DNA from: Candidatus Latescibacterota bacterium
GTDB lineage: Bacteria > Latescibacterota > UBA2968 > UBA8231
DNA length: 64,000 nt
Reading direction: 5' to 3'
Assembly: GCA_965243025.1 (NCBI GenBank)
Contig: CBDETY010000003.1
Span: 5,888,001-5,952,000 of the forward strand
Shown here in pieces: positions 58,601-64,000 of this stretch (positions are counted from its first letter, which is position 1; each line of letters opens with the position of its first letter). The notes below the pieces were generated by a model. That model had not been told where the DNA came from. It searched no databases and saw nothing but the letters and a program-made list of their open reading frames with translations. Both the position numbers and the translations under genes were made by a program.

Positions 58601-59288
58601 CGAACAGACCCGGCTGGACTTCTTCGGCGGCGTACCGCTTCCGCGAGTCGGTGAAGAGTTCGTCCTGACCCTGCACCTGAGCGACTTCGGTCTGCTCAAG
58701 GGCTACGGCTTCCAGGTCGAGTTCGACGGCGAGGAGCTGGAGGTGGTTCGCGCCGTAGCCGCCGATAACGGCCTCGGGGAGGGCATCCTCGCCAACCCGC
58801 AAGTCCTGGCCGTAGCGGAGGGGAAACAAGCCATCGTCGCCTACGGAGACGAAGTGTCCGAAGGCACCGTGGCGGTGGAGTTGGTGTTCCGCGCCCTGCG
58901 GGAGTTCGAAGACGGTTGGATCAGGATCACTGAGGGCCAGGTCAGAGACGGCGCCTTCGCCGTCAATCCCCTGGTCCTGCCGGCCCCGGTGCAGATGGAG
59001 ACGCTACCTGAGGTCTACGCGCTCGGGTTCAACTACCCGAACCCCTTCAATCCGGAAACCACGATCAAGTACGCGCTGCCACAGGCGTCTGACGTGAAGC
59101 TGGTGGTATACAACTCGATTGGACAGGTGGTCCGAACCCTCGTGAACGAGCGCCAGAGCATCGGCCGCTACGCCTTCACCTGGGACGCGACCAACGACCG
59201 CGGCCAGGCGGTGTCTTCGGGGATTTACCTGTACCGCCTGCAGGCAGGAGAGTTCGCGCAGGTCAGAAAGATGCTGTTGCTCAAGTAG
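49695..59288 (+). CDS. Giant secreted/surface protein: ~21 fibronectin type III repeats, Pro/Thr linker, dockerin-like and cohesin-like modules, C-terminal FlgD-Ig/T9SS-sorting-like domain
   Basis: Signal peptide ending AQA; repeats L.V.W..V.GA.GY.VQW.S...YTVRVIA.N..G.G..S; VGFDDYFHFADHYG; NYPNPFNPETTIKYALP...WDATNDRGQAVSSGIYLYRL...RKMLLLK. Confidence 0.92.
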   Translation: MDNCHESPMKWLRGGMLAVLAVSFLAGKAQAADEGPIDAPDLTVTSGPEKLTVSWKAVEDADAYQIQWREDKTTPDPWGASSSGDITGLKHVIEELDASKTYQVRGFAKDGNGDYSNPSDSDSDTDGDQPHTGTPAPGAVMNVTVTPGSQKLEVSWDRLGVLEEATGTDVRPGYKVQWKWGAEKYSDTRLIEVGQGDVARLSVTINDVDGDATADADGDGENVDPLSAGTEYTVKVTATNAPQTEPTPSVPGDGGDGSPVEKEATPTPAKVGVVTVTNDHEKKSKPGELKVEWGKSAVKEPVVGATGYTVEWKSETDNDYGPNRRITAEDDEFEKTIGEDAPLDPGTRYTVRVYATNASGPGEPSDEMPKSPLPAKVEGVEVESLAEEELTVRWEAVQGATGYTVKWSPKSTKRSTPLTTGAGSETEGTTGSASASGTSHTFSPFTTTADLSSAAIMYDVQVVALNVAGEGGADSEKATGTPRPRQVVLPGVNVTAGHRELMVWWPGLGDGEVDTYTVQWRPTTELSYAPGDQDIVQATDLPTSSGPHRITGLQGGTEYTVRVYATNDGGDGRPSTEIAETPTVPSENGVSGVEVTSGATELTVNWDGIPGATFRVRWVETTTALTSATDFNTAYDADGAVKGEASGIRGTSHRISPLKAGTRYAVEVRATVAGESGTSGFGNAWTKPGPVTGVTVAPTTGEAGRLTVSWKGVVGASSEDGYKVQWRSENQGWDSAREVSVDQVTGFDPTADPPVVTVTTVLGDGDASAGAADPPLDGNTYTVRVIATNDGGDGHPSAVETGTPTPGVVGDLTSDTGVAPTVKPGSRKLEVKWTKAKGATAYTVRWWTGPSGTGFGDAAAKDKGQEKDISEEKYTIPNLKAGVTYMVEVIATNVKKEPGTATAAASGTGPTGTTPLPSKVTDVRVEPEAQSLKVSWTPKGEAEASGFYTGYKVQWRKEYQKKGMGSEEVVTTGAGGAMTLTIGDGIGEDGSTSDPTDTPLDPGTKYFVRVIATSLGGDNDPSDPEVSGTPAPADFTDFEGVDAGDRLKVEPGKEAGTLDVFWNTVTGATAYTVQWKWGSSAAYEGSQSGEDMATEVCYTITGLTAGTPYTVRVIAENATGQTTPSHGNDGGVTEIPKPGKVTGVGVVSEETAQLTVSWTRFRETGIAYKVQWRASDDSWPASFTEGTNQFTETGSNNSYTITTGLTAGIEYTVRVIATSGVDSDNDGTYEMGGDGEPSEEKPGTPIPPRVTVADHSLAFDGTIPGEVTVSWTTVAGATEYKVEWRRGGSRTRPFTVEPLTKEFSYRLTGLSAGDYEVQVSAKNDGGFGLPSVVDPSATPTVPLSFTVTGGSVDRVTGVEVEPGVDELEVSWNRVSGATGYRVQWKSGTEGYDDLTVATDDPDDRTATPTSTDPSPVTGTSYKITDLIPGTPYTVRVIAVGSTTAPIFGSAGVGSPSHLSTGEPGYTTGSPTGVIGTPEPGKVTGVAVTAAAEELTVTWEEVSGAHRYTVQWKSGRQGYSDVRCKLLPENDATATPPIENNLGSNPPETITLSIDELGSDRTLFDVGARYTFRVFATSASLPLSATSVTVNGLPSDDGSTASDIAKPAQVTEVKVKSGRDEPGPGKLLVEWKEVDGADDYAVEWRDPDATPPQDAWDEGRTASRNPRHVPGITGTSHTISGLPGGTLYEVRVLARNDGGKGPYSLIVSGRPALDPVGVVTVETVASQSEELKVTWPAVTGAKGYKVQWRKSSETEYDEDDVRQTVGTSDTIQDLDPGTEYTVRVTATLILGSGNMPKEHDGVPSAEQTGLTVPAQVTEVEVDPGVEQLTVEWKEIPDVTGYKVQWRDAKQVASWGEDDFTPTEDTNQKTVTPPAMRYTITTGLTAGTEYTVRVIATNEPDPPTPGDASDGGDGPASADKKGTPTELKDGQVALDEGDVVPGLNQLTVSWDPVTAPTGVTDYRVQWTSGSDDDDFDDLKYTADDPDDSTATVTGTSYTIAGLMAGTEYAVRVIAVLSPTEDGTPSNTVYKTPLSRLGQVANVDVTPGPNMLTVSWDVLPGADGYKVQWRSGPTETFTDAATDGRQLTPTTTTQEIPDLTAGTLYTVQVIGTNQSGDGEASEMATGTPTLGKVANVRTAAGVGTLTVSWDAVADATGYTVEWKSGTQAWDPSRSRPVPSGLRTTIPSLTAGTKYTVRVTATLGQLLGMSSEEAMGTPTQRRPSRPSTPSTPSTPTPQPPTTPPTTPTTPPVTTAPKDPKPGKVVLSSVKAGEEGGQLAVKWRVMAKASGYKVQWKSGDQDFSSSRQARVSGMLAVNYVIGDLDYTIEYMVRVIAYNSHGDGPASDSRKGTPKRGVPKNNLAIEDPDEARTVGQAISLTVSVAEEGAHVLEVTGGRGVTLSGDGVTDQGGGSAQLDADSWSEGQRTVVLNDTVGPDVLSIVLRNTDGDSLAGLSGIMYNPGEASQLVVTGLPDTLAVGRAYRGQVSATDSYGNVRTEDREVTISTDARNVSSSSPVELEEGTGGFWVRSDEVPATALVLTFEDSEDSDLSSSVSVTVRPLDAPDRVVAADNPGDEGGFVLLTWDLSDDHSILDTYRIFRGEGSAREWGSVAAAPGATEGRAVVATLDTMSSVWGVLGQIGGSSMMDDMACMADIVVTGSDVDGLEVLVWRTGSGNRVSSPRSSNILWKGTTDATGQVSLSVNNSGRTSSYAATARRDGELVASWRGIQLTPSDCPSLELAIGGEATVGGATDQRPSVVLMSSITQSGSARAIDNTPPAAAGSFRAVDVPDDDGGQIQLSWTESTSDVSITRSVEGAVGPVTSDMSRGVVGYRIYRESAEGFAPLGTVGPGVTGFVDTTAITGIRFTYVVSAFDQDNETVSEEEEAMSIRNREEDVNGKLIQGLFGADKTVGFDDYFHFADHYGSSVEDTEWEPAFDLAAKQAVDIDGYNVFAENFGRQTASAAKVIPLEPGRNEQTRLDFFGGVPLPRVGEEFVLTLHLSDFGLLKGYGFQVEFDGEELEVVRAVAADNGLGEGILANPQVLAVAEGKQAIVAYGDEVSEGTVAVELVFRALREFEDGWIRITEGQVRDGAFAVNPLVLPAPVQMETLPEVYALGFNYPNPFNPETTIKYALPQASDVKLVVYNSIGQVVRTLVNERQSIGRYAFTWDATNDRGQAVSSGIYLYRLQAGEFAQVRKMLLLK

Positions 59289-59300
59289 AAGCAGGTGGGT

Positions 59301-59356
59301 AAAGAGGGGGGTTGGGAAAGGAGGCAATTCGTCGTCTCCCTCCCACCCCTCTTTTC
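59301..59356 (+). terminator. Rho-independent terminator-like hairpin after the Fn3 gene
   Basis: AAAGAGGGGGGTTGGGAAAGGAGGC pairs imperfectly with GTCTCCCTCCCACCCCTCTTTT. Confidence 0.6.
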
Positions 59357-59504
59357 ATTTGCAGATTTAGGGGAGATGGGATGTGATTGGGGATGATCCG
59401 CAAACCCTTGAAACCTGGTTCTTTGGGGTGGCCTCCATCGCCAGGGGTCCAGGGGGGAACGAACATCGGCATCCCATCTTCCTTTTTTACCATGGGTTTT
59501 AATA

Positions 59505-59723
59505 TTGGCTGAGAGAAAATACCGGCGTACGACGCACTACCCCGGGCACCTGAGTGTAGCCGTGACCATGGCCACACAAGAGGCCGTGCAGGAAGTCGCC
59601 GACCAGGCTGGTTGGTCGATGGCCGAGACGGTCCGGGAGTGCATCAACGCCGGCCTGCCGATGGTGAGGTCGCAGTTGGCTTCCGATGGAAACCAGAAGG
59701 TTCCTGCCGAGGGCCCCGTCTGA
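59505..59723 (+). CDS. Small ribbon-helix-helix (CopG-like) DNA-binding protein
   Basis: LSVAVT...QEAVQEVADQAGWSMAETVRECINAGL fits the beta-alpha-alpha RHH pattern. The TTG start is uncertain. Confidence 0.6.
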   Translation: MAERKYRRTTHYPGHLSVAVTMATQEAVQEVADQAGWSMAETVRECINAGLPMVRSQLASDGNQKVPAEGPV

Positions 59724-59751
59724 AAGATTGGGGTGGATCAGCTTTCTTCGG

Positions 59752-59785
59752 GGGGAATTACCTCAGGGGAGGTAGTTCCCCTTTT
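59752..59785 (+). terminator. Hairpin/terminator after the RHH gene
   Basis: GGGGAATTACCTC-AGGG-GAGGTAGTTCCCC followed by TTTT. Confidence 0.6.
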
Positions 59786-59840
59786 CTCATGTCGGGGACG
59801 TTCACCGACCATAAAGGTCCCCTTGTGTGGAGAAAGACCA

Positions 59841-60062
59841 ATGAACCGACGTGAACATCACGACCTGATGGTCGTGGTGATTGAATCCGGGGTTCAGATA
59901 GAGAAACTCAACATTCTGAAAACCGAAGTGACCGGAATTGCCCCGTATCCCAAGACCCATGAGGCCCACCGGGTGGTACTGGGCTGTCTGAACATGCTGG
60001 CAGCATCCCTCGAGGAATTCAAAAATGCTGCCAGAGAGGAGATACAGATTACAGGGCCATGA
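59841..60062 (+). CDS. Small hypothetical protein (73 aa)
   Basis: GGAGAAAG RBS before MNRREHHDLM; amphipathic-helix-like sequence. Confidence 0.45.
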   Translation: MNRREHHDLMVVVIESGVQIEKLNILKTEVTGIAPYPKTHEAHRVVLGCLNMLAASLEEFKNAAREEIQITGP

Positions 60063-60142
60063 ACCCACGTCACATGCTACCGGCCGCCTTTGGTGTATCT
60101 GCCATCGTTTTCCTCCTTTAAGGTGACGGTGGTTGGTGGAGG

Positions 60143-60181
60143 GGGGGCGGCTGCTCGCTACAGCCGCCCCCTTTATTTTTT
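60143..60181 (+). terminator. Rho-independent terminator
   Basis: GGGGGCGGCTG-CTCGCTA-CAGCCGCCCCC, a perfect 11-bp stem followed by TTTATTTTTT. Confidence 0.85.
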
Positions 60182-60759
60182 CACATCCGCCGTAGGCACC
60201 GGATCGCCGGCCGCGGTTTCCACAAGCCCTCCCAATCTACCATTCCCGTGCCGGGGACTGTCGCTACCCACCCCCAGCTGCTCTTGAGAACGGCTGTTTG
60301 GGAGGGGCAACCCTTGGCGATTTCACCCCATAGCGCATCCTGATCTCTCGCGAACCGACTTCGAGATACGCCGCCTGAGCGGACGACTCGGGGCAGGTAA
60401 TTCCGTCCACCTTCATTCCATCGAAGGTGGAACGCGATGGGAATTTTCCATGTTGGCGTGAGAGGATCATCTGCCTTGACCAAGGCACCATATCGACATA
60501 CGCTCAGGACCGCATCCCCAGAGGGAGTGGCATGACCCGGACATCCACCCGCGGCACTGGAGGAGCATGATCGCCGCGTCTCCCCGGAGTGACGCCCTCT
60601 ACCAGACTTTCCATCGCGCCGCTCGCAAAACGCCATGACCGAGCGGGGTTCTCGTGCGGGGTCGAGGCCCTCGACACGAAACCGGCTCTTCCTGCAACTT
60701 GGGTCGGTGGCCTCCCATTCTGACAGGGGTTGAAGTCGATTTCCAAGCGTCCCCAAACA

Positions 60760-61572
60760 ATGGCGGATTCCTTCTACAATAAGAGCGTCATCACCACCGG
60801 TGCCTCCTCCGGGTTGGGGGCCGCCCTTGCCCTGGAGCTCGCCCGCCGCGGCGCGAACCTCGCCCTGTTCTCGCCCGAGGCGGAGCAGCAGGAAGAGGTG
60901 GCCTCCCGCTGCCGCCGGCTGGGCGCCGAGGCGGTCTCCGTGATCGGCGACGTCACCAGAGCCGACGACTGCAAGCGGCTTGTCGACGAGTGCGCCGGCC
61001 GCTTCGGCACGGTCGACTACCTCGTGGCCAACGCCGGCATCAGCATGTGGACCTCCTTCGAGGAGGTCGAAAACCTCGAGATCTTCCGCCGCCTCGCCGA
61101 GGTGAACTACCTCGGTGCCGTCAACTGCATCTACCACGCCCTGCCCCATCTCAAGAGCAGCCGCGGCATGATCGTGGCCATCACCTCGATCCAGGCGAGG
61201 ATCGGGGTGCCGAACCACACCGGGTACGTCGCCTCCAAGCACGCCCTGCAGGGGTTCTGCCAGGCGCTGCGCCTGGAGCTGAAGGATGCGGGGGTCGACA
61301 TCCTGACGGTGCTGCCGCACTGGATCTCCGGGACCGACCTGCGCAGGAGAGCGGTCGGCAAGGACGGCGGCGACGTGGGACAGGGGGCGCGCAAGCACAG
61401 CCGGGACGCGATCCCGGTCGACGAGGCCTGCCGCGCCATCGTCAGGGCGATGGAGAAGCGGCAGCGGGAGCTGGTCATGCCGCCGAAGCTGAAAGCCCTG
61501 CTCTGGCTCAGCCTGCTCAGCCCCCGGCTCGCCGATGCCCTGATCGAGAGGGCGGTGAGCAGGCAGCATTAG
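60760..61572 (+). CDS. SDR family oxidoreductase (DHRS7-like)
   Basis: TGASSGLG, VANAG, VNYLG, YVASKHAL. Confidence 0.92.
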   Translation: MADSFYNKSVITTGASSGLGAALALELARRGANLALFSPEAEQQEEVASRCRRLGAEAVSVIGDVTRADDCKRLVDECAGRFGTVDYLVANAGISMWTSFEEVENLEIFRRLAEVNYLGAVNCIYHALPHLKSSRGMIVAITSIQARIGVPNHTGYVASKHALQGFCQALRLELKDAGVDILTVLPHWISGTDLRRRAVGKDGGDVGQGARKHSRDAIPVDEACRAIVRAMEKRQRELVMPPKLKALLWLSLLSPRLADALIERAVSRQH

Positions 61573-61621
61573 CAGGGTGGGCGTTCACCGCGTGATGCCC
61601 CATGGAAAGGACCGCAAGAGT

Positions 61622-63034
61622 ATGGACGAGCTTTCACTCCTGACAGACGACCAGCTGCGGCACTTCATCGTCAACGGCTACGTGGTCGTGCGTCCGGACC
61701 TGCCCGCCGGCCTGCACGAGAGGATTTACAACGAGACCGGGACGGTGTTCGATGAGGAGGGAAACCCGGGCAACAACCTGGTGCCGAGGGTTCCGGCGGT
61801 GCAGCAGATCATCGACGCGCCCGAGGTCCGGGGGGCCCTGACCAGCATTCTCGGGGAGGGGTACTACGCGCAGCCGCACCGCCACTGCCACAACAACCCG
61901 CCCGGCAGCAAGGGGCAGAACCTGCACCAGGACGGCAGCAGCCGGTGGTCCCACCACACGCGCCGGATTCTCCTGTTCTACTACCCCCAGGACACCCCGG
62001 AGGAGCTGGGCCCGACCGCGATCGTGCCCGGCAGCCATTTCTACGCCACACAGGAAGGGGTAGCCGGGGCTGAAGAGCTGCCTCTGTGCGGCGAGGCCGG
62101 GACGGTGGTCGTCGCCCACTACGACATCTTCCATCGGGGAACCCCGAACCGCAGCGACCGCCAGCGGTTCATGATGAAGTTCCTGTTTGCGCGCACCGCG
62201 GAGCCGCGGTCGCCGAGCTGGGGCAACGAGGGACCCGGCTGGCCGGAGGACGGCAGTCCGCTCCCCCTCGATCCACCCGGGGCCCCGGACCGGGAGATGT
62301 ACCGGCACGTCTGGGACTGGCACTGCGGCAGGAGGGCCGATGGCGCCCCCGGGAACGGGCAGGTTTCCCCGGATTCGGGGGAGCGGGTGTCGGAGCTGCT
62401 GGCCGAGCTCGAAAGCGGAGGCGAGTCTGCAAGACTGCGGGCGGCCTACGCCCTCAAAGGAGCAGGTCCGGACGCGGTTCCCGGGCTGACGCGGTTGTTG
62501 CGCGACGACTCGCAGGAGCTGCGCCGCAACGCATGCCACGCCCTGAGCGCCATCGGGGAGGCCGCGGTCGAGCCCCTGGTCGACTCGCTGCAGCGGGAGG
62601 ACGCGGCCGAGCACGAGCGCGCCGAAGCGGCCGAGACCCTGGGTGACATCGGCATGGCCGCGCGCCCGGCCATTCCGGCCCTGACGGGGCGCCTGCGGGA
62701 CGAGTCGGCCGGAGTCCGCGCCCTGGCCGCCGAAGCGCTCGGGACGATCGCACAGGAGGATTCCGCAGCGGCCCCGGCGCTGGCCTCGGCGCTCGGGGAC
62801 GAGGAAGACCTGGTGCGCCGCAACGCCGCCTTCGCCTTGATCCGGCTGGGGCCGCACGCGGAGCCGGCGGTCCCCGCTCTGCGTGGCGTGCTCTACGACA
62901 GGGACCGGTACGTGCGCGGCGATGCCGCACAGGCCTTGCTGCGGATCGGCACCCGGCAGGCCTGGGAGGCGGTGATGCCGTTCCTCGAGACCTCGAGGTG
63001 GTGCCCCCTGACGACGAAGGAGAGCACCTATTAG
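61622..63034 (+). CDS. PhyH-family dioxygenase fused to C-terminal HEAT/PBS-lyase repeats
   Basis: LHQDG (HxD), GPTAIVPGSH, DIFHRG; then repeats LRRNACHALSAIG, AAETLGDIG, VRALAAEALG, VRRNAAFAL. Confidence 0.88.
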   Translation: MDELSLLTDDQLRHFIVNGYVVVRPDLPAGLHERIYNETGTVFDEEGNPGNNLVPRVPAVQQIIDAPEVRGALTSILGEGYYAQPHRHCHNNPPGSKGQNLHQDGSSRWSHHTRRILLFYYPQDTPEELGPTAIVPGSHFYATQEGVAGAEELPLCGEAGTVVVAHYDIFHRGTPNRSDRQRFMMKFLFARTAEPRSPSWGNEGPGWPEDGSPLPLDPPGAPDREMYRHVWDWHCGRRADGAPGNGQVSPDSGERVSELLAELESGGESARLRAAYALKGAGPDAVPGLTRLLRDDSQELRRNACHALSAIGEAAVEPLVDSLQREDAAEHERAEAAETLGDIGMAARPAIPALTGRLRDESAGVRALAAEALGTIAQEDSAAAPALASALGDEEDLVRRNAAFALIRLGPHAEPAVPALRGVLYDRDRYVRGDAAQALLRIGTRQAWEAVMPFLETSRWCPLTTKESTY

Positions 63035-63214
63035 GCCCGGCTCGGGACCGGGACTCCCACTCACCTCATGGGGATTGATCCGTTGGACTTGCGAATCCGT
63101 CAGCATGCCTTCTATTGCTTCGCAAAGCAGATGGAGCCCCGGCGATGTTCTGCCCTCAGAATTTAAGGGCAAAGGCAGTATCAGAAGCAGAGGATGACAA
63201 GGAGGATAATAAAT

Positions 63215-64000
63215 ATGGAAGTTCCAAAGTTAGGTCGACTCGAAAAGGTCGACCTGAGGGAAGTTTGGACACGGGAAGATAGCGACTTTACTCCTTGGCT
63301 ATGTGAAGTTTCCAACCTTAAGCTGCTGGGGGAAACTATTGGAATTGAACTGGAATTTGAGGCTCAAGAAAAGTCAGTTGGGCAATTCAGTGCCGAAATT
63401 CTCTGTAAAGACACAGCAAGTAATACTTGGGTACTCATCGAGAACCAATTGGAGCGGACCGACCACACCCACCTTGGGCAGTTGCTGACCTATGCGGCGG
63501 GGCTCCGTGCTGTAACAATCGTATGGATTTCCCAAGAAATAACCGAAGAGCACAGAGCTGCACTCGACTGGCTCAACGAGATTACTGAAGAAAGATTTAG
63601 GTTCTTCGGACTTGAAATCGAAGTATGGCAGATCGGCCAGTCGGAAAGAGCTCCAAAATTTAATATGGTTTCAAAGCCTAACGACTGGTCACGGACGGTT
63701 ACGGCTGGAGCTAACCGACTGGAACTGACCGAGGCAAAACGGTTACAACTCGACTTCTGGACACAGTTCAAGACTTTCGTGGAGGAAAACAAGGCTCCTT
63801 TCGAGACTTGGAAGGCAGCGCCCCAGAATTCGATGTTGATCGGACGTGTTTTTAGAAGGGGATTTTACCTGAAGGCAATTGCTTCAATGTGGAATTCTGA
63901 GTCGAATTCTTATGACAGTAACGAACTGAGGGCAGAACTGGTTGTAGATAGCGAAAACTCTGGTCGACATTTCGAAGCCCTGAAAGATATGAGGGAAAGC
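63215..64000 (+). CDS. DUF4268-type protein with N-terminal PD-(D/E)xK/NucS-like domain (partial, runs off the window end)
   Basis: Absent from the ORF track. AAGGAGG RBS; MEVPKLGRLEKVDLREVW..E..DFTPWL...IENQLERTDHTHLGQLLTYAAGL...EEHRAALDWLN. Low GC. Confidence 0.85.
   Translation, partial: MEVPKLGRLEKVDLREVWTREDSDFTPWLCEVSNLKLLGETIGIELEFEAQEKSVGQFSAEILCKDTASNTWVLIENQLERTDHTHLGQLLTYAAGLRAVTIVWISQEITEEHRAALDWLNEITEERFRFFGLEIEVWQIGQSERAPKFNMVSKPNDWSRTVTAGANRLELTEAKRLQLDFWTQFKTFVEENKAPFETWKAAPQNSMLIGRVFRRGFYLKAIASMWNSESNSYDSNELRAELVVDSENSGRHFEALKDMRES

Larger units (their letters stand above)
44164..60181. mobile_element. Putative genomic island (recombinase, sigma-54 activator, giant Fn3 protein, small genes)
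   Basis: Recombinase at the left edge, visibly lower-GC intergenic DNA and codon usage, and decayed genes on the left flank. No att repeats were identified, so the boundaries are approximate. Confidence 0.45.

Noticed and set aside
59752-59781. loxP-like site with 13-bp arms
   Set aside because: The spacer is only 4 nt and a T-run follows, so it fits a terminator better.
44110-60550. GGGAGGGTGGCAT (~44112) versus GAGGGAGTGGCAT (~60521) as attL/attR
   Set aside because: The similarity is too short and imperfect to support.

Overview
GC-rich bacterial chromosomal window. A giant Fn3 protein with a cohesin/FlgD-type tail, PhyH dioxygenases, enolase-superfamily and PQQ-propeller genes and several TA modules suggest an FCB-group organism such as Latescibacterota or Gemmatimonadota (inference only). 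From left to right it contains: a partial Rieske gene; a His kinase-receiver-methyltransferase operon; class I aldolase; aceE and a 2-hydroxyacid dehydrogenase; a five-gene LolA/LolCDE-like ABC system; a metallophosphatase and vapBC; a Cus-type (Cu/Ag) RND efflux operon; an AAA+ ATPase; glnE-glnB; a catabolic cluster; dinJ-yafQ; and a tandem palindromic ~168-bp element. Next come a decayed TA pair and a putative island (Cre-like recombinase, propeller-sensor sigma-54 activator, 3197-aa Fn3 protein, small genes), then an SDR, a PhyH-HEAT fusion and a partial low-GC DUF4268-like gene. The strongest hidden signal is in the last gene of the Cus operon. It appears to read through an in-frame TGA that forms a UxxC motif and is followed by a SECIS-like hairpin, so it is a candidate PCYCGC-like selenoprotein that the ORF track truncates. 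All family calls were made by motif recognition by eye, with no database searches.
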